Source of the DNA: Mobula hypostoma
Lineage: Eukaryota
DNA: 64,000 bases
Assembly: GCF_963921235.1 (NCBI RefSeq)
Contig: NC_086097.1
Location: forward strand, 137,702,001-137,766,000
Reading direction: 5' to 3'
Shown here in pieces: positions 50,374-62,236 of the stretch. How positions within the stretch are numbered: the stretch's first letter is position 1; each line of letters begins with the position of its first letter. The notes under the pieces are model-generated. The model worked only from the letters and a program-made list of their open reading frames with translations. It did no database searches and was not told the origin of the DNA. A program made the position numbers and the translations under genes.

Positions 50374-52070
50374 ACTGCAAGAGAACCTTGTCCTCAGCAG
50401 CCCTTGCTGCACAAGAGCCTCCATTTTCATCATAAGACAATAAGGGAGAGAAACGGGAAGAGGACATTTTGCCTTGCACGGCTGTTCAGAAAAAAAATCA
50501 GTCTCATAGTCCCATCAGCCCAAAAATAGGCCCTTGAGGAACCTTTCTACACCAATACTGCACTTAAAATCTGTTAATTTCCCCACATTCCCCAAGTTTT
50601 ACCACTCACCGGCACTACGGGGGCATGGTACAGTTGTCTATTAACCAAAGAGAGCTATACTTGGCTTACTTATCCACAGAAGCACTTGTGTGTGTGGTTC
50701 TCCAGTACAATGAAGATTATCTGTGAGGAAGAAGGGAAATAAGGATAATCCTGGAAATTACAGGACATTGAATCTCATATCAAGGGAAAGATGATTTTGT
50801 CTACATGGACTTTTGTAAGGCATTCAGTCACATCTCTCATTGGTTTCATTTCTGGAGATACAGTGCCCAATGTAGGACATGATTTCAGCTTGAGGCCGTA
50901 TGCTTTGTGGAGTACTAGGAAAGGAAAGCCAGCTATGAAACCCTTAAAGGACTGGAAGCCAATTCATTCCCAGAAGGTTTTAAAGACGATAGTTGAAACA
51001 ACAGTAAGTGATAGGGATTGTCTTCCAAAATTCTACATTCTACAGAGGCTCCCATAAATTGAGAGATGTTTCTGAAGAACCAGATCCTAGTGCAATTTGC
51101 TACAAATGCTCGGTCTGCAGAGGAACATACACTTTGTGGTGTCTATGGAAACATGTCCAGAAGTCGGAGGCCCAGGGACTGCAAGTCTGAGAATTGTGTC
51201 GGGCATGATACCTCAGGCTGGCAAGTTCTGGGGTTGGAAACCCGTGCAAATCCAGAGTCCAAGGCCAGGCCGTAATCGGCGAGTCCTGGGGTTGATATCG
51301 AAGGTTGAAGCCCGAAGGTCGAAGTCTAAAGTTGGCGAGGTTCAATGCTCAGTTAGTCTGGAAATTAGAAACCCGATGTCTGCACGTCCAGACCAGGCAC
51401 TGTAGGTTGGGAGCCGAGAGATGGCGTGTTCCGGGGCTGAAGACTGTTTGTGTGTGGGGAATGGAGAAAGGGGTTTGTTGCGTCGCTATTGCTGTTTTTG
51501 CTTGTGTTTTTCAGTGGAACATGGTGGGCGTGCAATGTTGACACTAGATAAGGTGACGCTTGTGAACTGCCCCCAGCACATCCCTCGGTTGTTAACTCGA
51601 ACTCCATCTCACTGTATGCTTTGATGTACCTGTGATTAATAGGTGAATCTGAATCTGACAAGCGAAGCAACAGCCCGAGTCACAGAATCACAGCTTCCCA
51701 TCACACCTCTGGGCATGCCCTCCGCCATCAGCAGGACTAGTCCAGCAGACAAGTGGCACAGTGGACTTAGGCAGGAGGGAGATCGCAGGCCAAGAGCTCA
51801 AAGTTTTCCCTCTTTCTCTTTCCACAGATGCTGCCCATCGGGAGTTCTTCCAGCATTTGTTGTTTGCTTCAGATTCAAGCAGATGCACCCATATTTGTTT
51901 TCCATCCTTCATGGAGTCTCAGGGCATCGGGCCGTACATGGGAGAGGACAACTTTCACTTCCTCTCAATGTTGAACAACATTCAGAAGAACCAGTGAGAG
52001 TAACTGGGTTGGGAGCTCACCATTCATCACTCAGAGCGGCTTAGGAGCCGTTGTACTGATTTGTAGACTC

Positions 52071-52245
52071 AGATGGTGGCACGGTAGTGTGGTGGTGATC
52101 ACAACACTTCACAGGACCAGAGACCCAGGTTCAATTCCCGCCACTGTCTGTAAGAATGTTTGTACGTTCACCCTGCGACCGTGTGGGTTTCCTCCAGGTG
52201 CTCCAGTTTCCTCCCACAGTCCAAAGACGTACCGGTCACTGTAAG
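52071..52245 (+). mobile_element. tRNA-derived V-SINE (HE1-like)
   Basis: A box TGGCACGGTAG, B box GGTTCAATTCC, core GTGGGTTTCCTCCAGGTGCTCCAGTTTCCTCCCACA. Confidence 0.85.
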
Positions 52246-52429
52246 TTGTCCTGTGATTAGGCCAGGATTCAAATTGGAGGGTAGCTCCAAAGACCTGTTC
52301 CTCGCTGTATCTCAACAAGTGAATAAAATTCAGGCTCAGACCTGAGGACGTCTGCCAGGACTGGGTCTGCAGGAGGCAGCGGGTGAATCAACGCGAGGAG
52401 AAAACTGAACTTCATCCTCTCTGTCCCCC

Positions 52430-52920
52430 ACCAGCGCCGGAGGCACCTGACCGCAGGGACAGAGGTGACCATTGCACCGGCCCTATGGGGCTCTCACAGC
52501 GGGGCGCGGTGACCGGACGTCCCGCCCCATCGATCGTGGGGGCGTGGGCGGGGCTTGGTGGTTAGGGGCGGGCCGTGTGCGCGGGGGCGGGGCTTGGACC
52601 GAGGCTATTTTGAGCCGCGGCTCCGACTCGCTGCCGTTCGGAGGAAGTGATGTTATTTTGCTGCGTCTCCCCCGTGATTGGTGCACAGTAAACGGGTCGT
52701 TAGCGACGGTGATGGCGGAGCCCACAGCGACGGCGGGAACGGGGGGTGAGGTCGGGGATTGGGTCCGGGATTTTGGAGGTGGGCACCGGGCCGTGGATAT
52801 GGGGCTGTGGTCGGGGCTTCGGATATCCACGTTCCTGACACCGCAGCTCGGACACTCGTGCCCTCCCCCTCTGAGTACATCATCCCCGCTCTCCCCCGAG
52901 CCGGACGCTGCCTTTGGTCC
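52430..52920 (+). promoter_or_regulatory. CNOT10 CpG-island promoter
   Basis: Several GGGCGG GC boxes at 52537-52597, ETS-type GGAAGTG near 52644, ATTGG near 52677, just upstream of the ATG at 52712. Confidence 0.8.
52712..52745 (+). CDS. CNOT10: CNOT10 coding exon 1 (MAEPTATAGTG)
   Basis: GTGATGG Kozak context, G|gtgagg donor, phase 1 fits exon 2 (D-QG). Confidence 0.8.
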
Positions 52921-53258
52921 CATTTCTCAGTTTGTGTGGAGCGGAGCCGCTGTTGTCCCAGTGTAGTCACCCATTTGTCGTCCTTTCCCGGTATTAATCT
53001 TCCTCAGAAGCCAAACGTAAACGATTTTCTCAATTGCTGAATTAATTATTTCCCTATGGCTCATGTCTGTGACCCCACTGAATTCTTAGGCTGATACCGA
53101 AAGGAAGTGCTACGACGAACTTTATTGTGTTTGTAAAGTTTACCCGTAGTTTAGCTGTACAGTATTTATTAAATTTCCAAAGAAATTATTAACTCTTTAT
53201 CATGTGTAGAAACTAGTCACTAGAGTTGATCTGTTAAATGTTTGACTTTGCGTTGTAG

Positions 53259-53356
53259 ATCAGGGCACTGATGTGAAAACGGAGAACAACTCTCTGTCAC
53301 CAGGAGTTGCTGACCATGAAAAGGAGCTTGCAAACAATGCTTATCAAGCTTACACA
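53259..53356 (+). CDS. CNOT10: CNOT10 coding exon 2 (DQGTDVKTEN...DHEKELANNAYQAYT)
   Basis: ttgtag| acceptor, |gtaagt donor, 98 nt; resembles human DQEKELSTNAFQAFT. Confidence 0.93.
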
Positions 53357-53830
53357 GTAAGTATTGGCTTGTTGAGAATCACAGAGAAACAGAGGCTGTA
53401 AGTCATACCTGTAAGCATTATATTTAAATTTTACCTTTCACTTTCTTTCTCATTTGTTGATCTTTATGATATAACGACTAAAACAGTAGCTGTCCTATAC
53501 TCAAAAAGTCAGGCAGCACCTGTGCGGGGGGAAGTGGAGCTAATGTTTCAGTTTAATAATGACCTTTCATCAGAACTTGGCCTGTTGATTATCCCCAATT
53601 TTTTCTGTTTTTATTTCAGATTACCAGCAACTGTCTCTTTTTGTTTTCCAGTATTTCTTCCTTTTGGGTTGCTGTTACTGTCTCTGCCTGCTATACACTT
53701 TTACTAAGCACCAGTTCCTGTAAAAGAGCTGTAGTATGACATGAAGAAAATAACACCATGCTGTTGTGCTGATTAGCACGGGAACTCCAAAAATGTTGTT
53801 TGCTAATTGCTCTTCCATGTCGAGAAGCGA

Positions 53831-54070
53831 GAAAACCTGTCGTAAGGACAACACGGAAACTGGCCCTTAGGGAAAATCTGTCGTAAGGACAACACGGAAA
53901 CTGGCCCTTAGGGAAAATCTGTCGTAAGGACAACACGGAAACTGGCCCTTAGGGAAAATCTGTCGTAAGGACAACACGGAAACTGGCCCTTAGGGAAAAT
54001 CTGTCGTAAGGACAACACGGAAACTGGCCCTTAGGGAAAATCTGTCGTAAGGACAACACGGAAACTGGCC
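53831..54070. repeat. 41-bp near-perfect tandem repeat, about 5.9 copies
   Basis: GAAAATCTGTCGTAAGGACAACACGGAAACTGGCCCTTAGG with period 41. Confidence 0.97.
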
Positions 54071-54540
54071 ACTAAGCCCAAATTGTCTGTGCCAGCTAAT
54101 GTGTCCTGAGCTAGTCCCAATTCCCTGTGGTTGATCGCTATCCCTCTAAACCTCTCCTGTCTACACACTGACCAAATGTCTTCTAAATGTAATTGCATCA
54201 TTTCCTCTGGCAACTCATTCCATGTACACACCTCCCTGTATATGGGGGAAACCCGTCCCTCAAGTTCCCTGTAAGTCTTTCTCCTTTCAACTTAAACCTA
54301 TGCCGTCTGGTTTTAGACTCTCAAAGCCTGGGGAAAAAAGCTGACTGTCCACTTTACCTGTGACTCCCATGACTTTATAAACACCTGTTAGCCTCCTTCA
54401 CTCCAGGGGAAACAGTTCCAGGTTACCCAGTCTCTCCTTGCAGCTCAAATCTTCCAGTCCTGATAACATCATTGCAGCACATTTTCTGTGCCCCTTCTAA
54501 CTTAATCACTTAACTTCTATAGACGGGTGACCTAGAGCAG
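54071..54540 (-). mobile_element. Degenerate CR1 3' fragment
   Basis: 3' UTR and ORF2 end (CTWNELPEE) continuing from the 41-bp repeat. Confidence 0.75.
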
Positions 54541-55369
54541 AGGATCCTCTGTAAAATGCACTGATTGAAGTGACTCTTTTGGCCCATTACTATAAGCCCT
54601 TCAGATCTGTTAAAATAAAAAAGGATGTAAACTTCTGGACCTGTGAAGCTCCATAAAATAGCTGTAGAGATCAGGAGCGTCTTATTGACTCTACCCCTGT
54701 CCAGAGAATTTCCTGTGTAATTGATACCTTTAATGTTGTGGCAAGCTGAAGCTACTTTTCTTTGCTGTTTCCTAACAGTCTTGTTTGACCAGTCAGGGTT
54801 GTTAGCCCTGAGTTGAACCCCTGAAAGTGAAGGATTGGTGGACCACTCTTAGTCCAACCTCCACCCCTTGACCAATTTGCCGTTCAAAGTAAATTTTATT
54901 ATCAAAGTGCATATATGTCACCATATACAAACCCTGAGATTCATTTTCCTGCGGGCATACTCAGCAAATCTACAGAATAGTAACTACAACAGGATCAATG
55001 AAAGATCAATCAGAGTGCCGAAGACAAGCTATGCAAATATAAAATAAATAACAATAAGTAATGAGAACATGAGATAAGGAATCCTTACAGTGAGATTATT
55101 GGTTGTGGGAACATCTGAATGGATGGGCAAATGAGTGTAGTTATTCCCTTCCATTCAAGAGCCTGATGTTTGTGGGGCAGTAACTGTTCTTGCATCTTGT
55201 GGTGCGAGTCCTGAGGCTGTTGTACATTTTACAAGTGCTTGTTATGGTGACGTGCAGAACCCCTGTACGATTTCTCCATTTCGTATAGACAGTGTCATGG
55301 ATAAGTAGTTAGTTTACCTAAAGCTAATGAAAAGTGTAGCTTTTGAAGTTTGACATAGCGCTGTAAGAG

Positions 55370-55690
55370 GGTAGCATGATGACATGGCTAGTAGAGAGGG
55401 TCCAGTGACACAGATTCAGTCCTGATCTCCAGTACTGTCTGTGTGGAGTTTGCATGTTCCCCTCTGACAATGTGAGTTTCTTCTGGGTGCTCCACTTTGC
55501 TCCTGCATCCCAAAGAGTGTGCAGGTTGGTCATGTAATTGGGTTAAGGTGCTGTAGGTGTGTAGACAAGTGATAGAATATTGGGGGAATTGGTGGGTTTG
55601 TGGATTAGTGTAAGATCAGAGAGGAAAATGGGTGTTTAATGGTTAGTATGTACTTGGTGGGCAGAGGTCCTGTGTTGTACCATAACTATG
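55370..55690 (+). mobile_element. Degenerate tRNA V-SINE
   Basis: GTCTGTGTGGAGTTTGCATGTTC...GGGTGCTCCACTTTGCTCC core. Confidence 0.7.
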
Positions 55691-55741
55691 AGACTATTTG
55701 TTCCAGGAATGAATTTTGTATCATGGGCCATTTTCTGTGCT

Positions 55742-55950
55742 GGCTGGTGGCGTAGTGGCATCGGCGCTGGACTTCGGAGCAAAGGCTCCCGAGTTCGAAT
55801 CCAGCCGGCTCCCTTGCACGCTTTCCATCCATGCTGGGTTGAGCATCAAGCTAGCAACTCAGCCTCGTAGAAATAAGAAAGCCTGCTGAAAAAACGCTTC
55901 ATGACGGCGTCCCGATGGCTCCTCTGGGAGTTAAGGGCTTTCTTCTTTTT
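55742..55950 (+). mobile_element. tRNA-headed SINE
   Basis: A box TGGCGTAGTGG and B box GAGTTCGAATCC, followed by a non-tRNA body and a TTCTTC tail. Confidence 0.7.
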
Positions 55951-56113
55951 CTTCTTCCATTTTCTGTGGACATTTTGCTCTCTCTAAGCTCTGCTTGCTG
56001 CTCCCACCACTGACTGTTTATTGATCCTCTGCGCTGTGGAACATCGATGTAAGATAATTTGCTGCAAATGGTGGTTGTGTTTATGTGTGCCATTATGTAT
56101 TTCTTCATTTCAG

Positions 56114-56275
56114 TCGGGGCAGTTCGACACTTGCCTCCAGTACCTGTGTCATCTGCAAGAACTAAACAAGGACGATTACAAAATATCCCTGAATAAAGCA
56201 GTGGTGGAATTCTATAAAAATGGGCAGACCTTGACGGACACCTTGAGGCAGACTCTCAACTTGCTGAAAAATCAG
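56114..56275 (+). CDS. CNOT10: CNOT10 coding exon 3 ([11 protein letters not shown]...NKDDYKI...[11 protein letters not shown])
   Basis: GT-AG bounded, 162 nt, within ORF 56021..56359. Confidence 0.95.
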
Positions 56276-56835
56276 GTAAGTACCCAGAACTACAAACATT
56301 GTCTGACTTTCCCATATTTTGAAATATCAATAAAGTGCATCCTAAGTCAGTTCCTATAGTCGTTTCTCCGGAAATAGGAGTTTATTCTGCTTCCTGTTTC
56401 ATCAGTCATTGCAAATGTATCTGGTGCATGATCTAACTACATTTTTTAAAATCCTTGTTCTAATAGTTAATAAATAATCTCAGTCTTGAACTTGCCCTAG
56501 TGTGTAATTGTTGCTTGTAGAATAGTTCCATGCCATTTCCATAGTTGGTATAGAAATACGTCTGAAAAGGCCTGACTCCTCCAGTCCAGGGCTCCCCAAT
56601 CAGACTGTCTACACTATCAGTTCTCCTCAATATCTGGAAAAGCTTTTTCATTGTAGAAGGATATCAGACACAGTTTATGAAATCTGTTCTCGTAGCTTAA
56701 CTCTTGGTGCTTAAGATGTCATTCAATTAGTTCTACACCTCACTTCGTCCAAGGCCAGCTTTCTTTCTTGTGTGCTGTATCCCTTGTACTCTGGTCCTAG
56801 GCATTCTTTGTGCAATGCTGTTATTGGCTTCATTT

Positions 56836-57222
56836 AGAGGGCTGAGGGGGGATCTTATTGAAACATATAAGATTATTAAGGAATTGGACACGCTGGAGGC
56901 AGGAAGCATGTTCCCGCTGATGGGTGAGTCCAGAACCAGAGGCCACAGTTTAAGAATTAGGGGTAGGCCATTTAGAACGGAGTTGAGGAAAAACTTTTTC
57001 ACCCAGAGAGTGGTGGATATATGGAATGCTCTGCCCCAGAAGGCTGTGGAGGCCAAGTCTCTGGATGCTTTCAAGAAAGAGATGGATAGAGCTCTTAAAG
57101 ATAGCAGAATCAAAGGTTATGGGGATAAGGCAGGAACTGGATACTGATTGTGGATGATCACAGTGAATGGCGGTGCTGGCTCGAAGGGCCGAATGGCCTA
57201 CTCCTGCACCTATTGTCTATTA
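56836..57222 (+). mobile_element. Young CR1 3' fragment
   Basis: Uninterrupted [12 protein letters not shown]...FFTQRVVDIWNALP...KGYGDKAG plus 3' UTR. Confidence 0.92.
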
Positions 57223-57545
57223 TTGATATTTTGTTAATGTTAATTTTGGTGAGGCCCACCATTGATTTAATGCTCGTTTCCTTCAAGAGTCGAGCCTACT
57301 ATTCTCTATTGTGAACTTTGTTGCAATAATGGTAGAAGCGGGCAGGCTGTAACGTTGGGACTGAATTGAGGCCGAAGTGGAACAAGTCACCAGTTGAAGG
57401 AAGACAGGCTGAGGGTATAGTAGTGGGTGAAGGTAGGAAGGTAGAAGAGAATTTTCAGTATATCGATATCCTACTTCTTGCGAGAAAGTTGTGCTTGGGA
57501 GAATAAATGTGCACTTGATTACTGCAAACTGTTCAATTGTTTTAG

Positions 57546-57696
57546 GTCCATTCCACAGTGGAAGAAATGGATGGATTGGACGATGTTGAGAACAGTATGC
57601 TCTATTACAACCAAGCAATTATTCTTTACCACCTGAGGCAGTATACTGAAGCTATATCCATTGGGGAGAAACTTTACCAGTTCATCGAGCCCTTTG
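57546..57696 (+). CDS. CNOT10: CNOT10 coding exon 4 ([24 protein letters not shown]...LYQFIEPF)
   Basis: ttttag| acceptor, G|gtaggt donor, 151 nt; near-identical to remembered human sequence. Confidence 0.96.
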
Positions 57697-57965
57697 GTAG
57701 GTGTGCCTCCTTTCACTCTGTGTTCTAGTAAATTGCTAGTGTAAATCACCCCATACCTGGCTAATTAATGCAGATTCAAACCAGTTTTAAAAACTTGACC
57801 AGTGAGCTGATAAGACTATGTTTGAATTAGCAACACTTATAGCAGCATGTTCTGGGCCAGTAGCACTTTGTCAGAATTCTGTCTTTGGAGTTGAGATGCT
57901 TAATGGTCTGCTCACTAAAATCTGATTTAATTTTTATGTTGTTTCTATCTCCAACTTTTAAGCAG

Positions 57966-58108
57966 AAGAGAAATTTGCCCAGGCCCTGTGTTTCTTGCTG
58001 GTTGACCTTTATCTATTAACATACCAGCCTGAGAAAGCTTTGTTGCTGCTTGCAGTTCTGGAAAAGATGATCTCACAAGGAAACAACAAGAATGGCAAGT
58101 CTGGTGAG
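57966..58108 (+). CDS. CNOT10: CNOT10 coding exon 5 ([15 protein letters not shown]...[16 protein letters not shown]); later exons lie outside the window
   Basis: cag| acceptor, GAG|gtcagt donor, 143 nt. Confidence 0.93.
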
Positions 58109-59941
58109 GTCAGTATAACTGAGCTGTCTGGAATTGAACAGAGACTTCCTGAAGAGAGGTGAACAGTGAAATTTAACAAACTGGAGAGGGTGAAGTATAA
58201 TTGCTGACGCGAAGTATAAAAAATGTGAGCAGGAGTCAGAAAGTCAATTGTGAATGCTCCAACTATGATGATGGATAGTTTTTTACATCATGCAGTTCCT
58301 CAGCTGAGTGCCTGGAAAAATGACTGATTACACCCTTGAGTATTCTGAGTTGCTGCGTGTCCAAAGTCCCCTGACGGACTTGACTAGTGACCACAGCCAC
58401 CACTTCCTCTTGCCCACACTGCACCAGAATGTGGTTATCAGATCGGACCCTACAGCCACTTGAGTACCTACCAAAAGACAATCCTTTAGGAAACCACTGT
58501 ACTCACCTTGAATGATTACGTTGCTACCGCCTCTGATATAGGGACTTCTGAACAGCCATGGGGCTCAGGTGAAGAAATTTCTCCACCTTTCATCTAAATG
58601 ATCAATGCCTTGTTTGTCAGGCTGATTCCTGTTGAGTGCACAATCTGCATTGGTGTTTAACTTCAATGAGGAGATATCCCTGTTTGAATCTGATGTTAAA
58701 TGAAGTTGAGTCATTTGATGAAGCTGGTTCGCAATACAAAACTGATTCACTTGGCAGGGCTTGAGTGTTCATTCAATGGCCTAATGTTGCAGTGTGAAAG
58801 TGATGCCAACAAGGCCATGAAATAATTCTGTTTCATCAGGGTAAAGAGATCCGTGCTGTGTGGAGAGACAGTGTGCATTCCACGTTAATCCCACTATCAC
58901 TTTGGGGTTTGTCTATTTACATCTTGGTGTAGGTGTAATTTCTTTATGGTTAAAGTGATTCCTAATCTCTGAATCTATTTTGCTGATTCAGGGTTATCAG
59001 TTTGGGTTTTTAAGCAATTTGAGTCTCCAGTCTTTTTTAATACTCATCCATGTGATGTGTGAGCATGAATGAGATGGTCAGCTTTTATTGACCACCCTTC
59101 AATTCTTAAGAAGAAGGTGTTGAGCCATTGCCTTTTATAAGAAAGTTCTCACTCTCTCGCTTTCTGTCTCCCTGTCTCCCCACCCTGGATTATCCCCACT
59201 GTACATCATCTGTTGATCATTAAAGAAATCTTTTTCATTAATTACGTTTTTTTAAAGCAGCATTTTTTGACTACTCCCCATTAATACCAATGAAGTATTA
59301 TCACTGATCCTCAGAACACTCAGTCCAATTGACACCATCGGTTATTAGAGGGCAAACGTAAGAGGTGAATCTTTTCCTGGAGACCTGAGCCTGCATGAGC
59401 TGTGAAACTCCATATCAGGAAGCGGATGCAAGGAATTACTTTGCAAACCTTTCATTTTGAGGAGGCATATGGTGTACAGTATGGAAATCCTATTTCTTGT
59501 GCATCCCTGGATATCTTCACTCTCATTAGTAGCCATGCTTTTGCTTGTTCAGACTCTTAATTTGCTGCTTAAAGCCTGCATCTTTGATTATCTACGCTAT
59601 TGATTTTCTTTGTGATCCTGTGTGATTTTTGACATTGGAATTGGTTTATTATTGTCACATATACCAGAAGCAGCGGAAAAAAACAGTTTTGCATGCTCTC
59701 CATACAGATATTTGAAAACATAAATAGTTTAAGGGAAAGGGGAATGCAATAACAGAACGCAGAATCTAGTGTGTTACTGCTGCAGTGCAGATAGACAGTG
59801 AAGAACAAGGACCATGATGAGGTAGAATGTGAGGTCAATGTTCATTTTTAACATGCACTAGGTCCATTCTAGAGTCCTATCACAGCAAAATAGAAATTGT
59901 TCTTGAGCCTGGTGGTCTGTGTTTTCAAGCTTCTTCATCTT

Positions 59942-60195
59942 CTGGCTTGTGGAAGGGGGGAGAAATTAGAGTGTCCGAGATGGGAGGGATCTTTTATTAC
60001 GTTGGCTTGTGGAAGGGGAAAAATTAGAGTGTCCGAGATGGGAGGGATCTTTTATTACGTTGGCTTGTGGAAGGGGGGAGAAATTAGTGTCCGAGATGGG
60101 AGGGATCTTTTATTACGTTGGCTGTTTTCTTTTATTATGTTGGCTTGTGGGGGGGGGGGGAGAAATTAGAATGTCCGAGACGGGAGGGATTTTTC
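59942..60195. repeat. 58-60 bp tandem repeat (about 4 copies) inside an old minus-strand LINE fragment
   Basis: TGGCTTGTGGAAGGGGGAGAAATTAGAGTGTCCGAGATGGGAGGGATCTTTTATTACGT repeated. Confidence 0.85.
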
Positions 60196-60394
60196 ATTAG
60201 TTGAGGCAGTAGGAAGTGCAGGTGGCCCCATGGAAGGGAGGCTGGCTTTTGTGATGGAGTCAGCTGCTTGACCCCAACTCTCTGCAATTCCCTGTGGGCT
60301 TGGGCAGAGCAGTTGCTGTACTGAGCTGTGTTGCATCAGGTAGGATGTTTTCTGTGATATCACTTATAGTATCTTGTTTATTGTAAATATGTCA

Positions 60395-61742
60395 CTATTA
60401 CAAGAGAGAAGGTGCTCAAAAAGCCGAAAGACCTAAAAATACACAAGTCTCCCGGACCAGATGAACTGCACCCTAGGGCTCTGAAAGAGGTAGCATTAGA
60501 GATTATGGAGGCATTAGAAATGATCTTTCAAAAATCATTGGACTCTGGCATGGTGCCAGAGGACTGGAAAATTGCAAATGTCACTCCACTCTTTAAGAAA
60601 GGAGGAAGGCAGCAGAAAGGAAATTGTAGACCAGTTAGCCTGACCTTGGGTTGGGAAGACGTTACAGTCAATTGTTAAGGACGGGGTGATGGAGTACTTA
60701 GTGACACAGGACAAGATACGACAAAATCAGCATAGTTTCCTTCAGGGAAAATCCTGCCTGATGAACCTGTTGGAATTCTTTGAGGAGATTACAAGTAGGA
60801 TAGATAAAGGGGAGATACAGCGGATGTTGTATTTTGAACTCTCAGAAGGCCTTTGACAAGGTGCCACACATGAGGCTGCTTACCAAGTTAAGAGCCCATA
60901 ATATGGAAAAGTTACTAACATAGTTAGAGCATTAGTTGATTGGAAGAAGACAGCGAGTGGGAATGAAAGGATCCTTGTCTGGTTGGCTGCCAGTGACTAG
61001 TGGTGTTCCGCAGGGGTCGGTTTTGGATCCGCTTCTTTTTATGCTGTATATAAATGATTTAGATGATGAAATGGATGGCTTTGTTGCCGAGTTTGCAGAT
61101 GATACGAAGATTGGTGGAGGGGAAGGTAAGTTTTTAGGATGCAGAAGGACTGAGACAGACAAGTTGAGGTTTTAAAAGGCACTGGTGAGGCCTCACCTTC
61201 AGTATTGTGTACAGCTTTGGGCTCCTCATCTTAGAAAAGATGTGCTGGCATTGGAGAGGGTCCAGAAGAGGTTCACAAGGATGATTCCAGGAATGAAAGG
61301 GTTATCATACGAGGAATGTTTGATGGCTCTGGGTCTGTACTTGCTGGAATGTAGAAGGGTAGGGCGGGGGAGATCTCATTGAAACCTTTGGAATGTTGAA
61401 AGGCCTAGACAGAGTAGATGTGGAAAGGATGTTTCCCATGGTGGGAGAGTCTAAAATAGAGGGGCGTCCATTCAAAACAGAGATGCAAAGCAATTTCTTT
61501 AGCCAGAAGGTGGTGAATCTGTGGAATTTGTTGCTACGTGCAGCTGGGAGGCCAGGTTATTGGGTGTATTTAAGGCAGAGATTGATAGGTTCGTGATTGG
61601 GCATGGCATCAAAGGTTACGGGGAGAAGGCCGGGAAATGAGGTTGAGGAGGAGGAGAAAAAGGATCAGCCATGATTGAATGGCAGAGCAGACTCAATGGG
61701 CCAAATGGCCTAATTCTGCTCCAATGTCTTATGGTCTTATGT
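60395..61742 (+). mobile_element. CR1 LINE, RT to 3' end, with an internal deletion near 61130-61165
   Basis: [26 protein letters not shown], then a jump to RPHLQYCVQ; TCTTATGG tail. Confidence 0.92.
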
Positions 61743-62236
61743 TATCAGTTCTCAACTCTGCCCAGTGAAGACCTTGGACATGTGCATCTCTATATAATTC
61801 CAAGGTTTCACTCTGATGATGGCTGTAGTTGTGATGACAAGCCACATGCAGAAGGTTTTTGTAGTTCTGTGTTGCAGCATGTTAAGGCATGAAAATAACT
61901 TTAAGGGAAAAAGACCTGAAGTAGGCAATCAGAATATCAGTAAGATTTCATTAGCAGGAGATTTCGTAGAGCAATGCAGCTCAAAATGGTTGTTGTCATA
62001 TGTCTAGTGTGGTAGTGTAGTGGGTAGTGCTTGTCGCTCTCCCTTTCAGCTTCCACCACTGGCTAGCAGTCTTGCGAAAGGGAGAGCTGAATATGTGAGT
62101 CTTTCCATCAGCAAGCCTCGTGTAGTACCTCCTCGCTGGTAACACGTGTAAACTGAACTCCTTTTGGACTCAGACCAAAATAGAGAGGTCAGGAGGAGGT
62201 CTGGCTCTGGAACATGTAGCACACAGGCCCACCGTT

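Noticed and set aside
53831-54070. Regular short repeats resembling a CRISPR array (also 49321-49704)
   Set aside because: Head-to-tail repeats with no unique spacers, no cas genes and a vertebrate context.
55742-55812. Possible tRNA gene
   Set aside because: A and B boxes are present, but the sequence continues into a SINE body and simple-repeat tail, and no oligo-T terminator follows the head.
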